From contig MU054220.1 in assembly GCA_013239625.1 (NCBI GenBank), positions 2,045,374 to 2,109,373 of the forward strand: 64,000 nt of DNA, read 5' to 3'. The DNA is from Lama guanicoe. Its lineage: Eukaryota. Below are positions 13,862 to 26,113 of this stretch, in pieces (the stretch's first letter is position 1; every line of letters starts with the position of its first letter). Under the pieces are notes generated by a model. The model was not told the origin of the DNA. It worked only from the letters and a program-made list of their open reading frames with translations, and ran no database searches. The position numbers and the translations under genes are program-made.

Positions 13862-14300
13862 ATTACTGTTGCACCCCCCAAATATGCGCTCCTATTCTTC
13901 TTACACACGATTGTCTGGTTGGACTTCAATTCCCAGGCTCCAGTGCAATTAGTTGGGGCTTTAGATTAAGTTCTCACCTATGAAATGTGAGCACAAGTGA
14001 TGGTTCCGATGTCTGCCTTATTTGCATAAAAGGTGTTTGCCCTGGACTCATTCCTTCCCCTTTTCCATTCTATAACTAGAAATGGCTACAACTGAGATGT
14101 CCTCGGAAACCCAGTGTTTCAAACGGCATGGCTGCCCTGCTCGCCTGAAATCCTACGATGGTGTCCTAGAGGAGATCCTGTCTTTCACCTCTGGGACTTG
14201 GGTTAAGTTAGAGAGAAATAAAGTTCTCTCTTGTGTGAGCCATCGCACTGGCAAGGGTGGCATCAGTGGGGGATCTTTTTACAATTGTTGCTCAACCATC
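13862..14300 (+). mobile_element. old MaLR LTR (MLT1 family)
   Basis: TTCCCAGGCTCC...TAAGTTCTCACCTATGAAATGTGAGCACAAGTGATG...GAGAGAAATAAAGTTCTCTCTTGTGTGAGCCA. Confidence 0.6.
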
Positions 14301-17300
14301 ACCCTGAGAGATCAGTGGCACAAAATCCCATAAAGTACAAAACCTCAGGGTACCTCAACAGTTTACTGACCTACTAGGAAACACTGGTCTGGAAAGAGGT
14401 GAGTTTTAAGCATGGGGGAAGTTCTTATCATTAACTAATAACTATAAAACCAGATTTAACTGACATGGATTGAGTGGCACCTAAGCCACTAAATTTAGAA
14501 TCAGAAGAACTAGAGTTAAATCTTAGCTGCACTATCTGCCATCTATATAAATGATGGAAATTTTACTTAAGTTCTCTGAGTCCCCGTTTCCTAACATCCA
14601 CCCTCATGAGTAAATGTCACAACTTATCTATAGTACAATATAATAAATGATGTTTAAAATAATGATACCATATCATCAAGAAAATGTAAAATTATGTTCT
14701 GTATATTATACCAAAAAGTCTAGGGAAAATATCACATGTTCTGAAGAAATTTCTGTTAAAATATTAGTTCGTTAATATTTTATGAACTTTATAGGGACTG
14801 AAAAGGAAAGAGAGCCTTAAGAAGTAGCACCTGAGAGCAAAGTAGCTAACAACACAGGCTTTAGAGTCAGATAAACCTCACTCAAGCTTCACCTCCACAT
14901 TTACTAGCTTGGTGACCTCGGGCAGGTTACATAACCTAAATTTCAGTTTCCTCATGGAAAACTGGGGATCAGGCTGGTGTCTATCTTACAAATATCTTGT
15001 AAGGACTGAATGATATTGCTGCCTATCTCCAGACCTCCTGGATATAAGAATGACTACAGCTGGGATACCAAGAACATCTATTTGAATATATTTCCAACTT
15101 AAGACAGAATTTGGGGGGCTGTACTACTTAGAAGTTGGAATAATATTTATGTATAAAGGAAAATGTAAGAGAAATAATCTCTGGTAATGGTTTAGAATTT
15201 AAATGAAATAATGTTTCCCATTTTGTGACATCTAATAGAAAACGAAATCTGGGAAGTGAAGCTACCTAAATGCTACTATACTTGGAAACAAAAGATGAAA
15301 TTCTAAACTAGAAAATTAACCTGAGGGGTCTTCTCGGGTTGTGTTGCCTAAAATCTTATGAAAATACCAACAAAAATGGAACCAGGGATGTCAGTGATAA
15401 TTTTGCCATTTAAAAATACAAATTATTTTCTGGTGTTCCTTCTCCTCTAAAGATAACAACCAAGGCCGTTTTTATTACTTGGCTGAGTTTAAGAACTTTC
15501 CAGTTAGGGAACCCAATGTCAGGTCCTTCAACAATAATTATTTTCTCTTAGCTACTAAGAAATGATAAGAAAAGTTCACAGTGTGAGACAAATCAATCAC
15601 TTCTTTTTCTTATAAGTTTGTTTCTTCTTTAGAAACATGAGATCAAAACCAAATATTTACTGGAAGAACAAAGGTCAAAACAGTGCCTACCTATGTCCAG
15701 ACATGGCAACAGAGATAAGCAAGACTCCAAAGACTATTCGTAGGCATAACCTTGAAGAGAAAAAAGGCAGGGCCATTCTTCCTGGAGACCTAACCTATTT
15801 TCTTCTACCTGTATTTTCACTATCCTCTACCATGCCAGCCCTTGAAGATAAGGCAAATGACTGATGGCATATGTAAGACTTTATAAGTTAATTATGTGCA
15901 CAAATATCAGGTTTGGAGGTTTGCAGACTACCAAGAAAGACAATCAATTTTAGGTCTCATTAAATAGTTTACATTAAGATACCTGACATATATTAATTAA
16001 TTCATCCTCTCAACCTCCTGTGCGGTAGCTTTTATCAACTCCATGTGTTGGGGAAATTTGATCAAGGAGAAAAATAATGGTATTTTCTATTTACAAAACA
16101 CTTCTCTTATAAAGAGCTCGACATGTTTATCTTCTCAATCTTCTAACATTCCTGTGAGGTAGGTGGTAATATTTTCTTTTCTTATATGTAAAATGCTATG
16201 GCTTAAGGAGCTTAATGACTTACATGGTAGTGTGTATTTACCCATTAACTACAACATACTGCTTGGGATTAATACTAGACCATGGACTCAAGTCTGAGCT
16301 GCACATGATTCAAAAGTGTCAAGCTTCTAGTTTTCTCTACAGCCATCTTTCAACACCTCACATTCCAAAAAAGACTGGGGTTATGCTTGCTGTTCAAGCT
16401 CATGTGCTTGCTGTTTATAAAGCTTATTATCATTTCTCTAAACTGGACTATTTAAGTTTTGCCTAAATGCCTGAAAGCTAAGTTATTTTTTTGTTTACTG
16501 CCTGTGCACTAGTATTGTAAATGATGTCATCAGGAATGTACAAAACTCTTCGACAAAGCTTCAGGGCCAATAAAAGCAACTCACTTGGGGAAGAGTGTGT
16601 TTCTTCTTCTTCCCCAACCCCCGCCCCCTCCCTTTTTTTTTTTTTTTTGAAAGGCATCACACAAAAAGATGACTCATTAAGCCCAAAAGAGTTGACTGTG
16701 CCATGTAAGGGCTTCTTATGCAGCCTCCACAAAGAGACCTGAGTGGCAGCATAAGGCCTCCTCTTCTGTGCATTTTCCTCCAGGCAGAATGTGCATTTGT
16801 GTGGCTACATACACAATTATAATCTCCCCTGAAAGGCAACTCCTTCCATATGACAGGCTGAACAGTGGCTAGAGTGCTAGCCTCATGTTGCCAGTGCAGT
16901 TAACATGCTGAAATACCAGACACATTTAATCTCTCCTTTCTGAAAAACTAAGATAGGACAGAAGAAACGAAGCTGGAAAGAACTCTGCACAGAGAGGAGG
17001 CCAGCCCAAGCGCCCTAACTCACTTTCTCAAGGGCTGAGCTTCTTTGTGTGTTGCCTACTTATGTGTCAATTTGCAGGACTTCAGGGCATGAGAACCATG
17101 GAGCCGAGTCGTTCTGGCAGCCTCTCCATTTGACAAGCAAAGCCAGAGACATGTGGCCTTTTGGTGCATTTCACATTCAAAAGTGTTATTGTTTCAAGCA
17201 TGCCTGTTTTAAAATATATAATTTTCCCATTTAGCGCACATGTTGTATGTAAGTTGGTCACCGGAGTTCTGCCACATGATTAAAAAAAAAAAAAAAAAAA

Positions 17301-19758
17301 GGCAAGGCCTCTAATGCAGCCCTACCCCTGCCAGATACTTCTGCTTACGGGGGGCCGGATAGGCCATCCCAGGTGAGAGAAGTCTGAATTTAACAAACAC
17401 CTATAGGAAGGACTGGGCGCAAACAGATTTCTGTCCAAGATTATAGAAACCAAAGCTTGTGTTTTATCACAATTACCTGTAATCTCCAGGCCAGATAATA
17501 GTATTAACCAGACCTTGAGCTACACAATAGGACAGCTGGAAAAAGGCTCTTACTCTCTCCAAAGAACAGCGCTTTTAAAAAGCTAATTCAAGGAAGAAAA
17601 AGAAAGGGCTCTGAAAGTGCCTTCTCAAACAATATTTACTTTTACTGGGTTCCTGCTAATCAAACAAAACTTAGTCAAAAGCTTTTATGAAAAATACATT
17701 GGATGATTTCAGCAGTAATTACTTTGTTTAAAGAAAGGTGCTTAAGAGAAAACATAGCTAATGGGATCAGTAATTTGGGAAGTTCAGATGTGTCTGGGAA
17801 AATCCCTCCTCTCTTTGATAAATCATTAAAATTCTGCTCAGAGAAATGTGTTTTGACTTGAAATTCCTATCATAGACTGAGCTATTTCCTAAGGCCCGTA
17901 GGGAAGTAGTTCAAGGGCATCCCAACACAGAGGACCCAGGGATCAGTTGACAAGGGTAATTCCAGTCTTAATCAAAGCATACTACTCTGCTCAACTGAAG
18001 ACAGGATCTCAAGGAGATGCCCCAAAATTGTATAAAATTTCCTTCCTTCATAAAATACCATTTTAAAAATGGATTAAATCTTACTGTTGTGTAACCAAAA
18101 CAAAGAAAATATGGTATCAACCAAGAAACTAAATTTACTCATTTAGCAAACGTTGTACTTCTGCAAATAATAGTGATCCTCAACTTTTGGACAGCATTCG
18201 GAGGAACAATTTTGATCAGTCATCCTTTATTTGTCAATGGAAGGAGGGGGAAAAAAGCCTAGTGTCTCTCACACAGTAGGAATTCAATAACTACTTGTTG
18301 AACTGGATTCCTTTCTCCCGTTTGAAAAAAAAAAATCATTCTGTTACTTAAAGCAGACTATTCATTTAACAACTGAGCACTTAACTTGGGCCAAGCACTG
18401 TGCTAGGTTTTGGAGATACTGAGAGAATAAGTCTGCCCTTACAGCTTACATTTAAGTAAGAAACAGACCATAACAAAATGCAAATAGATAGGCAAGATAA
18501 TTGTGGTAAGTGTTAAGAAAGTCATAAACAGGATGATGAACTAGAGATAAGCTAATGGATCACTAGTCTCTCCTGATCTATTACCACTTTTTAAAACTTT
18601 AATTACCTATTCAGCTTCCTAAACTTACTCATTTACCAAATGTGGTATTTAAAACAAATACAAGTGATCCCCAACTTTTGGACAGCATTTGGAGGAAAGA
18701 TATTAAGATTACTTGAATACATAAATAATAAGCAAGTTAAAAAATTTACAGAACTATTTTTAAACCCAAGAATGACACTGACTTCATCCATAATCACTTA
18801 TCCTGGAGAAATGGGGGTGGGTGAGGGTCAACAAACAACATGCCTTAGAACGCACCCACTCTTATCCTTCAACAAAAAGATATTGATCACATTCATTAAG
18901 TAGCTTATAGAATCCTTGGAAAGGTGAAAGAAACAGAGTCTAGGCTGAACCTCCAGGAACAACTCCCAAAGGCACATCCCAGAACTGGGCCACCTAGGGA
19001 ACTGCTGCCCCTGCCATGACCAGCAGTGACAGTGTAATAAACTGCTGACCAAACTGGGAAAGCACTAAGATACCTGCATACATACAGTTCACCCACTCTG
19101 GAACGGCATTTACTACATGGTCATTTGGTGTTACAATCATTTATCAGTATGTCCCATCTCCCATCTATGGCGTAAGTTCCTATACAGAGGGACACTTTAT
19201 ATTCATGCTTTGCTTTATAGAGAGAAGGTATTCAGGAAGGAAGAAAGAAAAGAACAACTAGGAAGAAAAGAAAGGAAGGAAAAGGGAGGAAAAATAAAGG
19301 AAAGATGATATTGTGAATTACTATTTAAGGGACCAGTTTTATACATTATAAACCTAGTTTCCAAAGATTTAGGAGGTCAGTGTAACATCCATAATATTAT
19401 TTCTTCTCCTTTCTGAAACAACCCAAGCACTCTAAAGTCCTAAGAGTATTTCTGTTAACTTGTAAATAGCAATGTTCCCTAGCACAGGGTTGGGTTTGAA
19501 AGGTTCACTAATTATATTCAAACAAAAATAAGTTTGCTTATCAGGATTTATCCAAAAGCAGAAAAAGAAACTCTGTCTGGCCGTAAGACAAGTAAATATC
19601 ATGTTCTATGATATCAGCAAATGCAAAAAAAAAAAAAAAAGGATTAGTAACACTTAAGAATCTCCAGCATAGAGTCACATGTTAGAACCTTTGCTAAGGC
19701 TTGAAGAAACTCTCTTAACCTCATGACTGAAGGGACTATAACAGTGACTGTTAGATGT

Positions 19759-20159
19759 TGTCTTAGTCCAGGTACTCTGAGAAGCAGACAACAGGACAGG
19801 ATCAGACATGCAAGAGATATACTGGGGGAAAAGCCCAGAGGGGAAATGGAGAGGGAGCTGGAAGAGGCTGGGAGAGCTGACAGACCACAATGCAGGTTTG
19901 ACCCTTGTAAAGAAGAGACAGAGACTGAGAGTATTAGACTGCAGTACAGTGGTAGTCCTCTAGCCAAAGTCACCACCAGAGAAGTCACATTTCTCATAAA
20001 AGTGGGTCTCTCCACCTAGTCATCTACTGGGAGCAGCCTATGGGAAGTGTGACCTCAGTGTGAACAAGCTGTTGGATTGAGAGCTGGGGTTGGGAGGCAG
20101 TTCCCCTCCTTTCCCATCCCCATAGGAGATCTGAGAGGCACAATTTCATGGCTGCCACA
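19759..20159 (-). mobile_element. ERVL solo LTR (LTR16-like)
   Basis: TG...CA termini (TGTCTTAGTCC...GGCTGCCACA) and LTR16-type internal sequence; flanks GATGT/GACAT fit a CpG-decayed GACGT TSD. Confidence 0.75.
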
Positions 20160-20199
20160 GACATATTATATATTTTTATAAAAGCATAGCAATAATAAT

Positions 20200-21430
20200 A
20201 CCAGCTAATCTTTATTGAGTACCTACCCAGGTGCCCTAAAAGGAAAGATATCTTACTCATCTTTGTATATCCTCTTTTCATAATGTAGGTACGGTGTAGC
20301 AGCCAGACATTGCTCTAAAATGTATTGCTTACATGTACGGGGTAAGTTCTATATTATCCACATTTTACAGATAAGGAAACTAAAGCACAGAGAGGTTAAG
20401 TAACTTATTCAAGGTCACACAGCTACCCAAAGTACAAAGATTATTGTCATTAAAACTCTCCTAAGTGGCTTCTTTTTAGAAGGTATCTTCCTTGCTGCCT
20501 GCCTTTGAGAGATGAGTCCAGTGGCAAGAGAGAACTGGAATTTTACTATTCCCTAATTCATCCTGGTTCCTAGGATGCCCCCTCCTGGTAGAAATGTTAA
20601 ATTAAGCCCCTGGAGTCACCTGTACTTACTGCAAAATCCATGTAACTTTTGCATGCAGGTCTATGCAATAGTTGGAGCCTCATTTTTGGAGCTGCTCGGG
20701 GTATTCATAGCATGGAGTTTAACAATGTGGATTCTGCAGTCAGGCTGCTGGATTAGAATCCTGCCTCCAGGACTTACTAACTAGTAATTTAACACTTTTG
20801 TGCTGCAATTTCCTCAGATGTGAAATGGAGATAAAAACTGAAACTATTTTCATGTGCATTTATATATGTAAAACACTTAAAATGTTACCTGGTACATAGT
20901 AAGTGCTTAATAAGTCTTAGTTATTGTTGTTAGTGGCTCACATTTGGGGTACTCTGAAGTCAGATTATTCATATTCAGTTTAACACATATGTATGTATAC
21001 ATGCCTATATTGTGAAAGGCAGATATACAATGATGAGTGAGATATAATTCCTGTTCTCAGGAAACTTATTTGCAACTAATGAACCGTTTAAGAGCTCCAT
21101 TCTTAAAAGGGAAGCAAAATTCACTGCCCTTTGTGGGCAGCAGATATTTTGGTTTGTTTATTTTTATCTCCTTGGTAGAGAGGGAAAAACAAGAATGGAA
21201 TCTGATAAACCTGGGTTTGAATCCCTTCTTTGCTATGCATCATCACCTATGTGGCTTTGCACAAATCAGTTATCCTTTCCAAGCCCCAGTTTCTTTATTT
21301 GTAAAATGAGGAGATACTGTTAATAACTACTAAATAGGACTAATAATAATACCTACCTTATACGGTGGCTGTGAAGATTCAATGCGTGAAGGCACAGTGC
21401 TAGGTATATATGAAGTGCTCAAAAACTATA
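20200..21430. mobile_element. MIR cluster (about 20200-20430 -, 20705-20930 +, 21190-21430 +)
   Basis: ATTTTACAGATAAGGAAACTAAAGCACAGAGAGGTTAAGTAACTT and forward-strand MIR cores. Confidence 0.75.
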
Positions 21431-23209
21431 GCTTAAAAATAACTATCCAGTTTACCGTGATTCCTCTAAAAGTACAGTCTCCAAAGAAGACTCTGATTTC
21501 CTAGAGTTATCTATTATGCCAATCCACTACCAACCTTAGTGAGAATAAGCAGTTTCCACAGAAACAGAAGAGGCAAATTGGAGCATGAGAAAGCATGCAC
21601 CTCACCATATTAGGTGGGGTAAAATAATAAACCTCACACCCTCATGCTTATACTCAGGTCAGCATGTAGGTGGTGTGTTTTGCAAACCTGGGACCAGAAC
21701 AGGCTGCCCTTCGGCTCTGGAGAGCTCTCCACACCCAACCAGACACACAGACACACCTCAGCCTCTGGGAGAAGCTTCCCATAAGTAGCTTTCATAAGAC
21801 TAGAAACTGTTCAATGGCTCTGTAGTTATTTCATCTCCTTGCCAGACTCTCTCTATTCAGGCCTGGGCATTAACACAGTTTCTATCACTCCATTCTGATG
21901 ACTGAAGGCATGAACATCATTCAGCTGATTCTGTAATGATGATCTTAAGATCCCAAACTGTTCCAGGCCATGATTACAGGTTCCTAATCCACAAAGTCAG
22001 TGGGGAATGGATCAGTTTACCCAACAAGATGAAAGATTGTTTTTTTCACTAGTGGTCAAAAAGGCAAATATAAGCCCTGGCTAGCAGGTAGAAAGGGAAA
22101 TCTGCAGATATTCACTGAATAGGTATCCCTGCAATTTATACCATAATACTAAAAAGAGGTCTCCAGAGATACTTACAAGGGATATTGAGCTTTCACTTTT
22201 CTGTTGCACTGAATACCTACAGCTTTCCTGTGTCTGAAATTTTCTTTTTTCTATATGTACTCTCTTCGCTAGGTCTACACATGTCAGTGACTATAATTTG
22301 CTAAAAAGAAGAAGAGGGGGAGGGAGGGAAGGGGAGGAGGGAAAGAGAAGAAAGGAAAAAGAAAAGAAAAGCCAGAAAACCTCCACAGGAATTTAAGTTT
22401 TCAAATCAGAAAATATTTCATTAAACTACTAATTACCTCCCCCTGCAAAAAAAATTTCATTAATCTATGTGGGGTGATTTTCAGTGGTCATTAAATGGAA
22501 GGTGAATGCTTCAAAACAGTAACAACGTGCTTCTAAAAGAGACCAAACTGTGGTGGGTAGGGTTGTTCTCAACTAAAGACAAAGGCATTTCAGCAGAGTT
22601 GTGTGGTTTGACGAACCATGAGGAAGCCAGTGAGCAGTACGACCCTGCTTAGGGCAGTATGAATGTCCAGACAGTGACTGGGACAGAAAGTTAAGACACT
22701 TAAATGTGCAACAGAATCTGATGAAGCAATTTGTCCAGAGTTCAAAAATTTGGTAAATGACTAGACACTAAAGCTTTTTCAATCAATCTGAAACTCTGAT
22801 TCTGTTTACAGATTCGTTTTCAACATTGCCACTGGATTAGTCTTCCTGAAAAAGCCACTTACGGAGGAACCACCAACTTCTACTCACCAAAGCATCAATA
22901 TATTAAATATGTCAAGCCTTCGAGGCATATAACTTAAATATGTCAAAAAGGCAAACATTCAAGGAACTGAACAATGGACTAAGCTTTTCAAAACTTCATA
23001 GATTCATTAGTACTGGGTAAACAAAATACATAAAATCCTTAGCAAAAGTCTAGACATTGTTAGACACTATTATTATTCATTGGATGCCAAATTATCTATG
23101 ACATAATGATATTTTGGCTGATTAATAAATGTTGTCAATTAATCTCTCTCTCCCTCCCTCTCCTCTCTCTCTCTCTATACACCTTTCAAAAACCAAATAG
23201 CCTTTAAAC

Positions 23210-23890
23210 TTGGTGAAAAGATGCTCAACTTCACAAAAGAAATGCACATTAAATCTACCCTGGGGCTATTTGTCACTTACAGGTAGAAAATATCTGATGG
23301 TTTGAGTTTGATATTGTTTGTTGGAAAGATTATGCGGAAACAGGCATTTACGTACCTTGGTGGTGGCAGTGTAAATTGGTACAACCTCTGTGAAAGACAA
23401 TTTGGCAATATCTATCAATATTTAAAATGCATATACACTGACCCACCAATCTCCCTTTGTGGAATTCATCCTTGCTGCTATACTAGTGATGGAACAAAAT
23501 TGCAGGTTATTCAGTGGGGTATTTTCAGTAACAGCAAAAGGCTAAAAACAACATGTCTACCAATGAATAACCAGTCAAATAAATTATTTAAATACTATGT
23601 TTATTATTTATGTTGCTAAAAATTTTTTAAAAGAATGAGAAAGCTCTCTACTGATACAGAAATCACTCTGAGGTATAGTAAATGAAAAGTGTATTCTCCC
23701 TTATATACATAATAAACTAAACTCTGGAAGGATACACAGGAAATCAGTAATAGTGGTTACTAGTAGGAGGCTGAGGGTAGATGGAAACTGGCAGATGGAG
23801 GGAAATGGGTTGGAGGAGACTTCTCACTGTAAACTTCTTTATATTTTGTAATCTAGTTTCCATATTACTAATTCAAAAATTTAAACTAGA
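23210..23890 (+). mobile_element. ancient L1ME-like 3' fragment
   Basis: GAAAAGATGCTCAACTTCAC, GGTGGCAGTGTAAATTGGTACAACC motifs. Confidence 0.7.
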
Positions 23891-23974
23891 ACTGTTTTTC
23901 ATTTTAAAAAAGTGCATAGAGGCTTTCCACTGTTATGGCACTGGTTTAATCTATTAAAAGTCTTGCAGATTTAA

Positions 23975-24660
23975 AAATATGTGTAGCATACATCCATACA
24001 ATTGAATATTATTCAGTGATAAAAAGAAATGAGCTATCGAGCCAGGAAAAGATATGAAGGGGCCTTAAACGCGTATTTCTTAGTGAAAAAAAGCCAGTCT
24101 GAAAAGGTTACATACTGTATTACTCCAACTATATGACATTCTGGAAAAGTAAAACTTGGGAGACAGTAAAAAGATCAGTGGTTGTCAATGGTTGGGGAAC
24201 AAGGGGAAGGATGAACAGATACAGCACAAAGGATTTTTAGGGCAGTGAAACTATTCTGCATGCCACTATAATGGTGTATACATGACATTATATGTTTGTC
24301 AAAACCCATAAAACTACAACACAAAGAGTGAACCCTAATGTAAACTGTGGATTTCATTAATAATAATATATCAGTATTGGTTTATCTATTGTAACAAGAT
24401 GGTTTTTTTGTTTGTTTGTTTTTTGGAGGGGAAGGTAATTAGGTTTCTTTGTTTTATTGGCAGTACTGGGGATTGAACCCAGGACCTCAGGCATGCTAAG
24501 CATGCACTCTACCACTGATCTATACTTCCCCTCAACAAGATGTTAATAGCAGGGGGATCTCTGAGTGGGAGGGAGAGAAAGTATATGGGAGCACTCTATA
24601 ATATCTGCTTGATTTACTATAAACTTAAAATTGCTATAAAAAATAGTCTATTAATTTTTT
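23975..24660 (+). mobile_element. L1MC/MB-like 3' end (interrupted by a SINE)
   Basis: CCAACTATATGACATTCTGGAAAAG, GATTTTTAGGGCAGTGAAACTATTCTG, GAGTGAACCCTAATGTAAACT. Confidence 0.8.
24402..24533 (-). mobile_element. tRNA-derived SINE, Vic-1-like, nested in an L1 3' end
   Basis: Same SINE consensus on the reverse strand; TSD AACAAGATG at 24393-24401 and 24534-24542. Confidence 0.85.
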
Positions 24661-24769
24661 AAATGTGTGTGTATACTTCCATGTATATGTAAAAGTTCTT
24701 TTTTTCATTCAGTAAATGCTTTACACGCTGAAGGTGCTACAGTGTGTGTAAAGTAATACAGCCACAGCC

Positions 24770-25015
24770 AAAGTGGTAAAAAGATCAGGCTCAGGAGTGG
24801 ACAGATTAAGTTCTGATCCTAGCTCTACCATTTTCTAGCTGTGTGGCCTTATTTGTGCAAGTTATCTCTTCAGCCTCAGTTTCTCTGTCTGCAAAATGGA
24901 AGAAAAACAGAGTTTCCTCCTAGGGCTGTTGTGATGATTCAATAAAGAATCCATGCAAAATGCTTAGTTAGCATAGTGTCTCTTGTAAAAGAAACGCTCA
25001 AAAATGTTAGCTGCC
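24770..25015 (+). mobile_element. MIR SINE
   Basis: MIR core GCCTCAGTTTCTCTGTCTGCAAAATGG...AGGGCTGTTGTGATGATT. Confidence 0.8.
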
Positions 25016-25239
25016 GCTATAACGGTTCAATGATTGCTCACAGAACGACTGATGTGGCACTTCAAGGTTCCAGGGTTACTCCACTAGCAGCATATTAATA
25101 ATACCCCCAGAGGACCCCCAATTCTCAACTCCAACCTATTTCACTTTGAGCACAATCCACATTGCTTGAGCGCTACCCTGTACACTTTTGACATTCTTTA
25201 CTCCCAGATACTGTTCTCCTCCTCACTGGGCCTCACACG

Positions 25240-25630
25240 TTCAGGCCCTGGACCGCTCCCCGCTCCCCGCCCTTCCCTAGCCCACCCTACCCATTCCCAC
25301 TCAGACCCTACCCCCGCCTCCTCCCCAGACCCTGGCCTAATTCGTCTGCACTTCTTTCCTTCCCCGAAGCTGAAGGAAGAGCCTACCCAGATACTCGTAG
25401 TCCGGTAGGGCTAGGCGCTCCGGACTCAGCATCCTTTGACCGGGGTAGCTCCAGAGCGCCAGCTCTCTGGCTTCCGGAAGCCAGGTCTCTGGCTCCCGCC
25501 GTTGCCATGGCACCCACGAGGCGGGAGGAGAGGCGGGAGGCAGAGCTGGTGTCACGCAAAGAGCCTCCGTATCGCAACGCCAAGCTGGCCGTACTAGTTC
25601 CGGTAGCGGAAGCGGTCGTAGTTTCTTTGG
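25240..25630 (-). promoter_or_regulatory. CpG-rich promoter/5' UTR of CSTPP1 with X-box-like and ETS motifs
   Basis: Local CpG enrichment; GTTGCCATGGCACC at 25501-25514; CTTCCGGAAG at 25471-25480; further TTCCGG/CGGAAG motifs near 25598-25612. Confidence 0.75.
25387..25432 (-). CDS. CSTPP1: CSTPP1 (C11orf49) first coding exon, centriolar satellite-associated tubulin polyglutamylase complex regulator 1
   Basis: Minus strand ATG CTG AGT CCG...TAT CTG G|gtaggc = MLSPERLALPDYEYL, matching the recalled N-terminus of C11orf49. 46 nt, phase 1, in CpG-rich DNA, divergent from LRP4 as in human synteny. The next canonical exon (AQRHVLTYMED...) was not found in the window. Confidence 0.9.
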
Positions 25631-26077
25631 ACTCCCTTTCTTGAGGAGTTGGTTTTAGAGGAGTTTGAGATGCAGAAACTATCATATTTCCCGGTGTCGA
25701 AAAATTATTGCCAGCCCTCAATGTATATCCGCAATTTCTGAATTTCATAATTATTCCTGCTTTTACAACTGTTACCTTAATTCACAATAATTGCTCCCAC
25801 CCTTAAATTCCCATAAACATTTAACATCCCGTTGCCTATTTTTATCTCTCTATTATTTACCGTCTGTCTTCAGTTATTACAAAGTGCTTTCTAATGCGTA
25901 TACCTTGACTGCTCCTTGAGATCGGGGATGCGTCTTTTCTGCCTAGGACAAGGCTGGGCATCTGTAAGGTGTTCATGAAGTCCTCTATGATATCATTGAC
26001 ATTTCCCCTAAAATTCCTCCACCTTTATAGCCCCTCCTTCAACTCTTATCCTTTGCTCTTTGGTACCCTTCCCAAGT

Positions 26078-26113
26078 GTTTTTGTTTTTGTTTTTGTTTT
26101 TGTTTTTGTTTTT
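26078..26113. repeat. (GTTTTT)n hexamer repeat
   Basis: Six GTTTTT units. Confidence 0.9.

Noticed and set aside
1..25386. Canonical CSTPP1 exon 2 (AQRHVLTYMEDAV...)
   Set aside because: Not found on the minus strand here; presumably upstream of window position 1
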